From the NCBI RefSeq assembly GCF_009914755.1, contig NC_060935.1: 64,000 nucleotides of DNA. One strand, written 5' to 3'. Under the pieces are notes generated by a model. That model searched no databases. It saw nothing but the letters and a program-made list of their open reading frames with translations, and was not told where the DNA came from. This DNA is from the human T2T-CHM13v2.0 reference genome, Homo sapiens. Both the position numbers and the translations under genes were made by a program. Each line of letters begins with the position of its first letter. The first letter of the stretch is position 1. Below are positions 12,021 through 26,039 of the stretch, in pieces.

Positions 12021-14149
12021 AATTTCTAAGATAGCTTCTCACCTTAGAATTTGGTAAATGTATATTAGTGGAAGAGTAAAGATGAGCTCTCTTTGTTGCA
12101 TTTTCCAATGTAACAAAAATTAGCCCACTTTCTTCAAAACTATTCCTTTCTTCCTGGTTTACTATCCAATTAATAGGAGAGAGTATATAAATAAGAAACA
12201 ATTGCCAACTACATTGTTCACCATCTCATTAAATGAGCGAATTTTAACTGTTAATATCCAAGTTATATGTAAAGTATTTAGAGTGTGTTAAATTAAACAC
12301 ATTTTGCTCTGCTTTATGGTTTTCCTTCTTCCTTTACCTTGGGTGATAATTCCTTCCTACAATACTTTTCCTACACATTTTATAACATGGATGTTGTAAA
12401 ACAGACCAAGAAAATTTAATTTTAAAATATCACATTTTGATTAAAAAATCCCATGAGAAAAATATCTTCTTAGGATTGTCTGCAAACATCCCTTTTGAGT
12501 GATCACATATCTAAAGAAAAAATACATCTAAAAATAAATAGCCCCTCTTCTTATAAGTAATCCCTCTCTTTATTTTACAATACCAATATAAAAATGAATG
12601 TACCTGGTGAAGTTACATGAATTATTGTTTTTGTCTCTTAGACATAGATATGTTTAGGTTGATGTCATTCATTTGTATCAATAAATACCTTTTTTTCCAT
12701 GAAGTTGGCAGTTAAGAACATCTGCTGTGTTCTTCTTTGCATATATGCTTTCCTTGCCCCAGAGAGTGCCAAATGGACTCCTTATTCCACGCAAACCCAT
12801 ATAATTACAACCCACTTTGAAATTAGGCTCTGGATTAGAGACAGTAACAATAAACTCTGAGATAGAAGAAGAAAGCAAATCATGGTACTGAGAAGGGAGA
12901 AAAACATTTAGCTTTAAGGTATAAAGCCAAAATATACTTTTAGTATGCATATGTATTTTAAAACATATGGAAGCTTCAAAACTATGGCATGTATAAGAAA
13001 TTATCTATCACCTTTCTCTCAGTTACTTCAAACACTGAGTCTTGGTTGGCTTCAAGGACACACACCAGAGAAAATACCATTGTATGACAATAAAAAGGCA
13101 AAGAATGGAAAGAACAACATTCTGTTTCCCTTCTGCCCTTCTCATGTAAATTATGTCTGGAAAATAATGCTTTAGGAGAAAACATATAAAAGTGTTATAA
13201 AGGCAGATTTGGGAGGCCTTCTGGGCTTGTGGATACCTTCTTTCTGTGAGACCAAGGATAGACTGTGGGAGTCAGAGGGACAGGATGGGGCTGAGAAGAG
13301 AGCCAAGTGGGGTGACTCAAGGTCTGCTTTGAGTTTCCAAGAAGAGTCATTAAAGGATCTCCTAAGGTGTCTAACTTATCCCAGCAGAGTAAAAAAATGA
13401 AAATGGGATTCCGGGACTTAAGCAGGAATAGAGTGTGCCTATGATTGGAGCACTGTCCAGGCTAACTGTCCTGGGACAGAACCCTGCCAGTGGGTGAGTG
13501 AATGAGGGTGAATCAGAAGAAAAACACATTACCACTGCATGAGGTAACTTAAACTAACTAAACCTCTCAGGTGGGAAAAAGAGATAACAATATTTTGTAT
13601 TTTGTAGATGCCAAAATATGACTTAATGATGTTCCCTATTTTTCAACTGTTGTACTGGTATCTTTTATACACAGACATTAGCTTGCATATAAATCTCTAG
13701 TCAATTATTTTATGTAGCCTTCATATACAATCTATATACAATGTACATTGTATACATCCACATCTATATACAATGCACATTTTTATGTTTTAAAATAGAT
13801 GATTGCTTTGAACTCCATTTCAACAGAGTGCATAAACATATGATCACATCAGGCTAAAAAATAATAGTATTGCTTTAAATTAAAAATTAAGTTTAAATTA
13901 AAACATTCATAATGAAAATGCTTCTACTATTTATGTTGCCCTCTTAGGCCATGTTTTACAAACTCAGCAATTTGACTAATTTGGAGTGAATCCATTATTG
14001 GAAGTCACTGTTGAAAGGGGAGAAGCAATCAGTTAGTACATAAACATTTGATCCAATTCATCCAAATCCTTTTTTTTGGCAAATTTTATGAATAAACTGA
14101 ATGTGATAAGCTAGTGAGTATATTCTTAAGATTTTAAATCTTTTTAGTT

Positions 14150-14660
14150 CTACAAGCTAAATGCTGTTGGGGGATGGGGATCCAAAATAAAAGGCATAGC
14201 CCTTCACACCTAAGAGAGCACCATTTAAGGGTAGAAATTGCAGTATGGGCTATGATCTGCTATAATAAAGCTACACCAGAGAACTATGTGCATTCAGCTG
14301 TTTGTTAGAAGGGGTTGGTATTTGAAATGGACCTGGCCTCAGGTCCATTCAAATGGAAGGATTTCAGCAGGTGCATAGGAGAAGCTGCATCTCAGACAGA
14401 GCGAGCACGTTGGGCAAACAAAGAAGGGCAGAAGAGCTTAGTGCGTGTTTTGGGAACAGTGAGGAACCAGTGAGGGTGTATAGTAGACAATAAGTCACTG
14501 TTTGTTGAATAAGTTTAAAGGAAAGCAGCAGAGGCCTCAAAGGCACTGATTTCGGAGCTATAAAATTTGATTTGTATTTTGAGTACAGCAGGGATTCACA
14601 TGATTCAGATTTGTTTTTAGGAAGATAATTCTGACAGCTGTGTGGAGCAGGGATTGACTA
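14150..14660 (-). mobile_element. L2 fragment
   Basis: Degenerate antisense L2 motifs (gtgcgtgttttgggaacagtgagg; tttgtttttaggaagataattctgacagctgtgtggag). Confidence 0.55.
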
Positions 14661-15676
14661 GTTTGTGGATTTTACATTCAGTGTAGACCTGTTAAGTAGA
14701 GGTTATAAGAAGGAGATAATCGTTGTAAGTGTTGACCTTAAATAACCATCCTGTAACCAAATAAAAGCATTTACTATGGTGTCCTGACTTGAGGGTTTAT
14801 GTTGGTCAGAGGTCTACAAGAACCTCTGATTCCTCTCAGGATATCTGAATAGCATCTGAGCTATTGAGCATTGCCATGTGGCCCCAGAGCCACAGTCTTA
14901 ATGGAGGACTGTGCTGAGCCACTGTTTTCCAGTGACTTGAAGTCCTCTAATTATTCAAATAGGATATAAGAAAGTTTCTATCCTTATAATGCATAAAGAA
15001 GTGTTACACTGAATATCATGGTGGCCTGCAATTTGCTGCTTTTTTAACACAGAAAAATATCTCACGCATTTGTTGTCAGAATGGTCCACTAGAGAAGAAT
15101 TGCCCTTTCATTGTGAACTTGATAAATTGCAACCAAATAGGCAACTGAGCCAAAGTGCTATATAGCTGTATGGTCCTTCACATTTACCCAATTCTCTGGT
15201 TATAGCAATACATGTAGGAAGGCAGAATGGGAATTTTGAGCCCATTTTTTTAATGAGGAAACTGAAGAATAAGACTTTTCCAGGCCACATAAGTTGGGGT
15301 AATAAGATTCAATATCATGTGATTTTTAAACTACACATTTGTTCACTCTCCTTTATAAACCCTCTCCATATTCACTGACCACTTCTTATGTGTTAAGCCT
15401 TTGTCTATAAACTGTGAGAAATAAAAATAAAAGGAAGGTTTGAATCCAGTCTTCAGTAAACATAAAGATAATGCAAGACATTAAGCAATTCAAGAAAAAT
15501 ATGACCATAAAAACAATTACTAACTAACTTTTAAAATCACAGCCAAATTTTGTTGAAGACTAGAAAGAGATTAATGTGATATTTTGTCATTGTGGAGAAA
15601 AGCAAAATAAATAATTGAACACCTATGTGCCAAGCACTGAGCTAAGATAGATGGATACTGTATGTCTGTCTGTCTA

Positions 15677-15695
15677 GACACACACACACACACAC
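15677..15695. repeat. (AC)9 microsatellite
   Basis: Seen directly. Confidence 0.9.
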
Positions 15696-18600
15696 AATAG
15701 CTCACTGATTCCTCTTAACAGCCATATGAAGTAATGTTATTTGGGGAAAACATGCTACCTGACCTAGACCTCAGTGAGTAGCATTAGAATAGTCAAAGAA
15801 GAAAAAGGAAGGCAACCTAAGGTGAGAAAAGATATTGTTATCTTAGGGTTGTGCTGGATCTTAGAGATTATTGAGTTTGGCCTAGGCTGGTACCGGAAGT
15901 CTCTTTCAGTATCACTAGTGTATGTCCTAACCCTTTAAGTGATGAGGACTCACTCCTCTAAAGTTCGTTTCATTATCAGTCACTTCTGAATGTCAGAAGA
16001 TTGGAAAGTAGGAGTAATTATGATCACCTGTATGCCAAGCATGAGACTCATAAGGAAACATGTCTGATTCATATGCAGAATTTTTGTGGAATATTAGGTG
16101 AATAGAAAGACAGAATATAAACCCCTTAGTGCCTTGAGAATTTTATATTAGCTGGAAAACTCTAGCCTATATTAATTTTCTTATTACAGACACTTCTACT
16201 CCTAGTTTATCTTCTTCAGAATTAGCTATTTCCTAAGGAGTAAAAGTCTCTGAATAGAACATAGTAAGTGCTCAATTGGCAACATTCTGTTTCCTGATTG
16301 ATAAATATTAATTGTGTAAAAATCAATGGAATGCTTGGGTATACTGCCAGTTTACTAAGGCACAAAGCTGTAAGCGTTTCATAAGCAAATGCTTCATCCT
16401 CTTCTTCATCAACTTGGCATGCGAAGTCCTGGAGCCATTTCACCACTAAACAGGAAGTGTATCAAAGGGCGGAAGATCTAACAAAGGCTCACAGTCTCTT
16501 AGACTCATTATGTTTGCTAGTAGCATTCACACTTTCATGTAAATGGTCCCATGGACTCCGAGCGCTACCCTTTCCCTATCTCACTAAGGGCCTATCCTTT
16601 CTCATCAGTTCAGATCCTACCTCTTGGTTCTTTGGCCTGCTCTGAACGCTGGCAACCTAGTAATCCACCCATTTTCTATTCCAACCTCCTGACCGCCACA
16701 TATTTGCTATATTACTGTTCCCTCCCAATCTTTCACCTAACTTAAAAAATTGTGTAATTTTAATAGGACAGAAACATACAGTAACCATCAACCAAAACTT
16801 GGGGACCCTCACGAAGAAAGATTACCTTCAAAGGTTTTAGAATATTCAGACTATCCCAGAAAAGTGCACCATATTCATTCTCCCTGACTTGTATGTGCTA
16901 AAAAATGTGTCTCCACTCACTGTCTTCTCAAAGTAGAAATCATTCCGAAAGCAAATAAGAATGTCCATCTTTTTTTTGGTATTATATATGTTTGTTTCAT
17001 ATAGTTTATGAATATGATCAATATATGCCATTTAATTATGTTATTCTATAATATTTCATGTATTGATGATAAACTGCAGGGATCCTAAAAGCAAGGGCTA
17101 ATAAGTAATTTTATTTTTCATCACTTTGTACTAAGAATGTCCATAAAACAGCCATTCAGCTAGCCAATGCTGTTTCAATAAAAACAAAACCTGATATAAA
17201 GCGTTTTCTCTGCTTAGCCAACTGCTACATTATTTCAGAGGTTTTAATATAATTAAATACTGCATAAAATTCTGTTAAAATCTGTTTTCATAACAGAATA
17301 GTTTGTTTCCTTGCTTTTTTACTTTTTACACAAAATGGAATATCACGTTAGCACAGTTTGGAATTGAATGAAAGATGACTGCCTTGATGACACCTAAGAC
17401 AGTCTGTTATTGGGAGACCCTTACTTCCTATGGGTCACAGGGCAGTCAGTACTGGAAAGTAGTGCTGTATTGATTGCCCATCTCCACTTTACTCTAATTA
17501 GCAGATTTTTCACACATAGCAAAATGTGAAGTGCGTCTCTTCACTTTCTGTAGATTGTCAAAATTAGTAAAATTAGGTAACGTCTTCAAGTTGTCCCATA
17601 TAAAAAGACAGGCTTAGCCATCCAATTCATAGGCTGAACTTTGTTCATCTAAATATAATCTACCAAAACAAACTTCCTATATTGTCGTAGGTATACAGAG
17701 CATTTTTATTAATTTGGAAGTTCCATTTTTGATAGCTGTTTTATCTTTATGACAGGTCTCATAACATTATGTGTGCTATGAATAGTTACTAGTATCCTTG
17801 CAAATTTTTATTTTGGTGTAGAACTGCAGGTCTTTGTTATTATTGTCAGAGAGAGAATATAAAGCTCTCTGATAGAGAAAGGCAATTTTTGTCGGGGGCA
17901 TGCTTGGAAATATTAGATCAATACCTTGGATTCTGTAATCTCTGAGGGGATAAGAGTACCGTAATTCCCAGAGCCAGCTAGGATATTTTAGGTTATTGGA
18001 TAGAAAAAAAATTGAAGAATGAGAAATAGAAGACACTCCTTACTCCTTAGAATTTGCTCTCCTAGGTTGTAAATTTCAAAAGTTAAATATGCTTCTAGCT
18101 CAGTAACTCCAGAAACTTAAAAAATGCTTACAGGTATCTAGGACTGTATATGTTTTCTCTTTCTGAGGTTTTGTGTTTTTCCAATGTTGTTTTTCCATTT
18201 CATACCTATATAAACTCAGACTAGTTTTTAATAATCCTATATTCTCACTGAGTTGATTGTTTTTAATCCAACAAAAACATGAATTTATCTGGAATGAAGT
18301 GCCTATTATTGGGAAATGTGATCACTGGTAGGCCACAGTGGGTTGTTGCATTCACTGTTGTTAACTTTGACAGTAAAGTCAATCCGATTTATTTCAGTGA
18401 TGTTTATTAAACCAAATTCTCACCTAACTCCAAGTTACTTTTGACAATGACTTACTTAGACATAACAGTCTTTCTGATATACATAACAAACTTCTCATGC
18501 AAATTTCTATTGATTATCCTGTAATTGTACATTGAAGAGCAATCAATGGCTCCTGGCTTTAAAACCATTTTCCCTTTCCAATCTGACAGAAACTTCAGAA

Positions 18601-18993
18601 GGCAAAAAAAAAAAGTCTTAATTATATACATGCTATTAAAAGCTTAGAATGAGTGAATAACCAAATAAATGAATATTATCAAAACCATTCTTTATAACAT
18701 TATCACTTTCCACTTGTATCAAATGTTCAAGTTACTGAAATGAGTACCTAAATTATCTTTGGTGCCTAATAACCATCTTTTCTCAGTATTCAACTTTACA
18801 CATAATCGGTACTTTCTTTTATTTATATCTTAAGGGACTGCTGTTCACATCTTGATAATTTTTCAATATATCTCTACCTCCCTCCTGTTTTCCTTGTCTT
18901 TCACTATTCATATTACTCGTGAGCCTATTCCAATGAATTGAAATTGGAAGGATAACTAATGTGTCAACTTTAACTGAAGATACCATAAGCCAG

Positions 18994-19230
18994 TGTAGTA
19001 GATACTGTGGTGTGTTGCCCAGGTTCTCCCTTCAAGACTGAACCACTCCTTCCCCAAGCTATGGAGAATATTGGGGGCTGACAGCTCTCAGCAGTGTTCC
19101 GCTCTGGGAATTGCCTTCAGTCAAAGAGAGTTATCTGGTTCAAGCTGTGCTCCACCCCAATCTCATGCTCAATGCATAGAGATGATTAGTGTACAGGGGT
19201 GATTATAAAGACCAGACCCCTGGCCTCAGC
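18994..19230. mobile_element. ERVL LTR16-like fragment
   Basis: tgtagtagatactgtggtgtgttgcccag...gctgacagctctcagc...gggaattgcc resembles the LTR16 family. Confidence 0.55.
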
Positions 19231-19249
19231 TCCAGAATTACAGCTCTCA

Positions 19250-19470
19250 CCTGTTGAATGCCTAATAGATACCTGGCAATATGCTAGACTTTTCAAATAT
19301 TATTTCATTTACTTCCCTCAAATACGCTATGGTATAGAAATTGTGTTATTGTTGTTGTCATTGTTGTTTGACAAAACAAGAAAAAGAAATTTAGAAAGAT
19401 AAACAACTTTCCCAAACTTAAACAACTGTTGGATACAAGAGTTATCCAAACTAGGACTGAACTCCAATAC
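19250..19470 (-). mobile_element. MIR
   Basis: ttgaatgcctaatagatacctggcaatatgctag...aacaactttcccaa; antisense MIR. Confidence 0.5.
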
Positions 19471-21053
19471 ATTATCATTTATCAGATCTAGGGCATATCT
19501 AGAACTATTTAGCAAGATCACATTTTTAATTTCCTACTTAGTAAACTTAGTAATATCTTGTGAAAAATGTAATTATCCTTCATCCATTTTAGAATTTGTG
19601 AGTCAATTATTTCCATTGCCGGTAACATTTTCATGTATTCTTCTAATATTACTCATTCTTATGAAGTTTATATTATGATTATGTGGTTACATTTACACTA
19701 TATGAGATCCAATTTTCAAGTATTTATACATTTCACTATCATGGGCAATCTCCTGCCCCTTTGCCAGAAAACATATTTCTATTAAATATAGATATATATT
19801 TATATTTATATATTTATATTAAAAGCAGCCGTATAAGTCAGATTATTAAAACCTTAATTGTTTGTTTTATAATAAGTTTGAAACAGTTTCATTGTCTGAG
19901 TAAGACCTAAGCTAAAACATTTAAATAGAATTTTACATTTTTAACAGCCCTTTTTACCCTTCTTCCCTCATAGGTATTATTTCATTGGATTCCTGTAACT
20001 ACACTGTTAGTCAGCCAAGTTATATATAAATGAGAACACTGAGCCCCAGGAAGGAAGACAAGTAAAGGTCCTCCCTAATGAAGACCTGAGCAACACAGGC
20101 CCATTTACGCAACAGCCCCCATCATCACTTGGGCTTCCTTGAACTTAAAACTTCATTGCCATGAACGATGTTCCAAATCTGATTTGCTGTTGTAAAGCAC
20201 AGAGAGAACTAAAACTAGCTGTAACTCTTCATTGTGTCTTTTAACACTGAGATGATAAAAAAGATGGTGTTATTCTCTGAAGTCTTACCTCTTTAGCTGG
20301 GTAACTACATCTGTTACTACTATACTTACTTGATCACTATTAAAACATTAAAATTAAAATTATGTTCAGTAAGATAAAATCATCAAATTGTTTAAAATTC
20401 TCCCATAAAAGTTACTGAGAATTATTTGAAAAACATCTTAAAATATCCTACTACACTTGCCTCTTCAGATGTTCTGTGGGTGTGTTTTCCCATTAATTAA
20501 AGCTCATTCTTCTGGCTGCTGCAATTGTTTCATTTTATGGTATGTGAACCCATTTTTATCAACATCCCTTTTTAGGCTTTGAAGCTTCTCTCAAAATGGA
20601 TATGAGATGCAGTATGTTACATTGCTTTAACAACTGAAGTGGATGCAAAGAATGTAGAGTACAAAGGTCTCAATCATTCTTCTGAAGAAAATAATTGGTA
20701 TCCACATTTTGGACATTAAAATCATACCTGTTCTTAATAAGTATGCATTTACAGCATTGTTTTATGCAGTTTTGGCCACCAAAATCCAGTTTTCAAGTCA
20801 GGTATCTGGCAGTGTCTCAGATTCTTTTCTTTACTCCCATATATCCATCAAATTTTCAAATATTACTAATTCCATTTTGAATCTGTTGATTCCTTTTCTC
20901 CATTCCTGGAGTCAAAGTCCTATTCCCAGCACTTATTTCTAGTGCTGTCATCTCACCACCTTTTACACTATAATGACTATCATTACCATGTTTCTAACAA
21001 GCCGATTTTATCATACTGCCCCTCCCCATCCCATCCAATTACATAAATGTGCA

Positions 21054-21056
<3 letters not shown>

Positions 21057-21096
<40 letters not shown>
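21057..21096. repeat. (AC)20 microsatellite
   Basis: Seen directly; preceded by alternating purine/pyrimidine tgtgcacgt. Confidence 0.97.
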
Positions 21097-21099
<3 letters not shown>

Positions 21100-21559
21100 C
21101 CCTATCTTGGATCTAACTCCAGCCTACATATCAAACTTCATCTTCCAACATTTTTTTCTTATTATTTTACAGCAAAGCATAATAATTCTCTGAAAATATC
21201 ATGTTCTCACATGCTGACCCACTGCCAAGAATACTCTTCCCTGACTTGTAAGCTTTGCAAACTGCAGCATTTGCCTCCAGGCAACTTGAAGTCCTTTCCC
21301 AGTGCTTCCATTATACCTTACAGATCCCGCCACCAGGATCTATGCTGCTTTAAACATTTGCTCAGTTTTTTTTCCTCTTCTAGTCTTTATGTTTCTGAAA
21401 GTTAGTTAGGAACATACTTATTTGCTGGGCTTAACACAGTACCTGGTGCACAGTAAAGACCAAATAAATATTTGTAGTCATTAAAGGAATCAGTAGACAT
21501 AGGAGTATATGAACTAAAAACTAGCCATTTAGAGTAGCTCACCAAGAAACAAACATTGA

Positions 21560-21562
<3 letters not shown>

Positions 21563-21623
<61 letters not shown>

Positions 21624-21745
21624 TAGGCAGACAGATAGATATATCGCTCTCTATATAGATATCTATATATCTCTCATTGATCTATATGGAGAGATGATAT
21701 ATAGATATCTATAGATCTATAGATATAGATCTGTAAATATAGATA
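21563..21745. repeat. Perfect (AT)28 followed by degenerate TA/GATC-rich low-complexity tract
   Basis: Uninterrupted AT run at 21563-21618, then atagatatctat/atagatctat units. Confidence 0.95.
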
Positions 21746-21767
21746 CACATGAAAAGAAAGAGAGAAG

Positions 21768-21875
21768 AGAGACAGGCTCTCACTCTGTCGCCTAGGCTAA
21801 AGTACAGTAGTACAATCTCAGCTCACTATAGCCCCCACCTCCCAGACTCAAGCCATCCTCCCACCTCAGCCTCCA
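21768..21875 (-). mobile_element. Truncated Alu (J-type right arm or monomer)
   Basis: gagacaggctctcactctgtcgcctaggct...caagccatcctcccacctcagcctcc. Confidence 0.88.
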
Positions 21876-22871
21876 GTTAAAGAGTTTTAGTTAACAGAGG
21901 AAGTTTCTAACTTCTGTTGTAATTATAGAATATTATCAGTGATAAACATGTTTATTCATTTTACTTCACATAAAAATTTAAGTATTTTTAATGTTGTCCT
22001 AAAAGTAATTATTTTCTCTGGAGATAATAATCACAGGAGTTGCTCATAAAAGAGAAAAATACAATGGATTCTAGTTTTCATGTTGAAGAAATACTGATAT
22101 GTTTTATAAGCATTGCATTATTTTAAGGAGAATGCCCTACATATATGTATGTATCTAGGAGATATAATTTAACCTGGAGAATGATGAAATGCGTAATATA
22201 ATAAGGCCCTGAATACTGGAATTTTTACCTTGTAGGAATAATATATGAAAAAGATTTTTCTTTTTAGTTTTTTGAAAGCCTTCTTAGATAAAAGATTGTT
22301 CCTATTATTTAATACCACATAAGGTTTAGGATTTATATAAGCAAACAGTTCAGTTTTACATTTTGAAATACTATTGATATGTAAGTATTGTGTTTTTAGA
22401 TTGACTCCTATGTTATTTCTCAAAGTGATTTTCAAAGAGTTGGGTTTTTGAGAGGCCATTATTTCTAAGACATCTTTAAAATTCTACCTTCATTTTGCAA
22501 TTTCTCTTTCGGCATCTGTTTTGTATTAAATTCTAAAGGGTGACTAAGTGTTATGATATATTTAGTTTTCAGCTTTTCAGAATCCTCTAGTTTCTTTCAT
22601 GGACTATTTTTATCATATTACAGCACAAAAATCAGCTTTAGGAGTCTAGAATTAATAATAGGTAGCATCTCAAATATGTTTTCTCTCTCAGAAAAGGAGG
22701 AAGAGGAAATTTTAGAAAAGACTATTGGACTATTATTCACTTCCTTTTTCCATCTGGTATCCATTATATAAGAGACCTGGAAAAGGTCACTTTAAAGAAT
22801 TTGAGAAGCATGACACCATTTTATTTAATGAATAATTGAAGCCTCTATTGAGCATTTATCAGTGTACAATA

Positions 22872-23179
22872 CAATCAGCCTTCTGTCTCACGGGTTCTGT
22901 ATCCATGGATTCAACCAATGTGGATAGAAAACACTTTAAAATCAATAAGAGCATACAACAAAAAATACAAATATAAAACAGTACAGTATAACAACTATTT
23001 ACCTAGCATTTATATTATATTAGATATTATAACTAATCTAGAGATAATTTAAAGTATACTGTAGAGTATGCATTAGGTTATATGCAAATACTACACTATT
23101 TCATATAAGGGACTTGAGCAAGCATGCATTGTGCTATGCTGTCCTGAAACCAGTCTTCCATGGATACAGAAGGCAACTA
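22872..23179 (-). mobile_element. MER2 (TcMar-Tigger family non-autonomous DNA transposon)
   Basis: Degenerate TIRs caatcagccttctgt... / ...tacagaaggcaacta flanked by TA on both sides; internal cagtataacaactatttac motif. Confidence 0.85.
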
Positions 23180-25469
23180 TACATAAGTTCTTATTTTATC
23201 TCAGTTCCATGGAAATAAGTGGAGCATTCACACACTAGGCACTATTCAGGAGCTGAGGATTCTGTATTAATCAATAACAAACATTATATGGGAGGTATAC
23301 GAATACAACTGAAGTAAAGCACTGTCTTTGAGGGTCAGTCTTACAGAGGAACATACATATAGAGATATGGCAATTGTAATGAAGGAAGTATGTTCAGGAA
23401 GCTGAGTCAAAGGTACACATCATCCAACCCGTGGAAGCAGGGCAGACTTCCTAAACCAAATGTTACCTGTGCCTACTCTTAAAACAGAGTAAGTTTTGCA
23501 GACAAAGCAGAGAGAGGAAGTACAAAAGAAAAAGACTTTACAGGTAGAGGGTGAGCATGATGAAATATGGGAGATACTGAAGTTTTGTCTACTAAATCCC
23601 AATAATAAATAATGATCTTATAGTTAAACTTCATTTAATATATTACTATAGTAATTCTGTATTAAAGAGGGCTTCTCAAATTCCCTATGAGAGTTAAGTA
23701 AATGACCATGATTATTCTTGGTTTCAATTATAGCAAGGTACATATACATAGCAAAAGTAAAGTTGCCAGATTTTTCCAAATTAAATCCAGGGATAAACTA
23801 TATCTTGCTTAACATAAGTATACGTGTTTTACATAAATTTAGATGTTGCTTGAAGCTTTCTGTGGTATAGATAAAATAGAAATTATTACAACTGTAACAC
23901 TCAATTTTTAGGGTCATTGAGATAATTCCCTGAGGACTGTATGATTTTTTTTCGTGAGGCTGCTTGTTATTCTAAAGGCAGTTCTAAGAATAAATGTACT
24001 TCGGGAAAACAGGGACTAATATCAGAACTTCTGCTTCCTTTCACATTTATTCTCATACTAAACAATAAATTTTTTTAGGACAGGGATTATATCTATTTTG
24101 CCAACCACTGCCAGCACCTGGCATCATGCCTGGCAGATATATTTGCTAAACAAAATATATATTAAATAAAATGTTTAATTATTATATAAACAAATAGAAT
24201 TGTATATCCTTATATATCAGCACTTTTTTATATCCTTATTATCTGCTGAACTACCCAACCAAAAAATAAAAATATATCAATGTCAGGAAAAATGTGATAA
24301 CTTTGTTCACTTTGCAAACACTTAATGGTTACCTGTAATGTGTACAGCATTAACCAGAGTATGGTTGAATAAGACCAGGCCAGTGTCACCCTTTTACATA
24401 GAGCTGTTTGTCTATTAACAGATAGATGGACCTTTAAACAACTATTTAACATGATAAGCTTTATAGTATTCAGATATTATACTGATGAGAGAAATAAACT
24501 CGAGGAGAAATTTGACTTAATAAATAGGTATGTCATTAGCAGAAAAGCTTGTTCTTACAATTAATGTTTAATTGAATTCAACTAAGCTCATTACTAAAGG
24601 TTGTTCAACCAACTAGCATAAGCTAAGGTAATAATCTGACTGATAATTTTTGAATTACCTTAAAATCAACTCTTTTTCTTTATATACCTTACACATTCTA
24701 TAAAACCAAAGAATTTACTATTTTCAGGCAAAATTAGATAAAATAATTTAGATTGCTTTACCAGTGAAGATATAACATTACTAACTTGTTCAAAGACATC
24801 TTAAGAAGCCTCACTAAAACTAAAAAATACTGCATTTTATCCTTTCTAACTACTGATAGCCCCATAAATAAATATATTATATTTACAAAATTTGTTTTAA
24901 AGTACCTATTAAATATAGTGATAGTATTTCCTAAAAGCATTTTTGAAACCTGTACTTCAATTGCCATTATTTATCATTTGCAAGAAAAGTTAAATACTTA
25001 TGGCTTTCCCCAAAATAAGGGACCCTGTGACATGCTTTGCTCACTGAGCTCGTCACATCACTAATCATTCCAACAGTCTGCTATGGTGTCTCTGGTGTTT
25101 AAAATTACTGTAGCTCTACCATGTTAAACTGCAAACATTTCAATATCATATGACAATATCAAATGCTTCCATTTGCTTTGTAAAATAATCAGGCAGGAGA
25201 ATTTAAAGTTCATTTTTGTTGCTAACTTTTTTTGGGTTTTGCCCACATTGCTGTTTCCAACCACATTTAGTCTCATACCAAAATTCTGACTGGAATAACT
25301 CATTAGTCTGTCTCATTTTTATATTTTAGGCATTGAGATTTAAATATTTTTAGAGGAAAAAACTACATTTAAGTATCAATGAATACCTTTTGCTCATCTG
25401 CTGTAACTATAGGAAAGGAAATAAGAAGTTGTTATCCTAAATATATAGAGGTAAGAATTAAATATGGTC

Positions 25470-25950
25470 TCTATCAATTTTCACTACAAAATAAACCTTG
25501 CAAAAACCTAGTGGCTTCAAATAACCATTTATTTAGTTCATGATTCTGTGGGTTGGCAATGTGGGTTGGGCTCAGCCAGAGTACATCTATGGGTCTCACC
25601 AAGACTCACGCATCTGCAATCAGCTGCCTATCAACTTCAAGGCATTCATTTCGGGCATCATCTGGCCATTGGCTGGGGCTGCTGGAGGAAGTGAGCCACA
25701 TGTTTCTCATCATCCACCAGGCTAGCCCAGGCTTGTTCACATTAAAGATCTCAGGGTTCTAAGACCAAGAGCAGTAGTGCTAAGACTCCTTAGGCCTAGA
25801 CTCAGAACTTGCTCAAAGAAACTTACATCACATTTTACTGGTTAAAACAAGCCATAAGGCCATACCAGATTTAAAGGGTAAGGAAATAGGCTCCACCTCT
25901 GGTTGGGAAGAACTGCAAAATTTTGTGGCCATTTTTGCAACCTACCACCA
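25470..25950 (-). mobile_element. MLT1-type LTR
   Basis: aaaacctagtggcttcaaataaccatttattt...gctcagcc...ggccataccagatt...caacctaccac. Confidence 0.7.
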
Positions 25951-26039
25951 TCTGCCCACAATTTTTACATTTCTCCAACTTGCAACTTTCATACCAGAAT
26001 CCACAGAAGTCTCATTCAATCATGGCTCCAAATTTACTT

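Noticed and set aside
21049-21405. 118-aa ORF with a His-Thr repeat
   Set aside because: The repeat is the translation of the (AC)n microsatellite; there is no splice or homology support.
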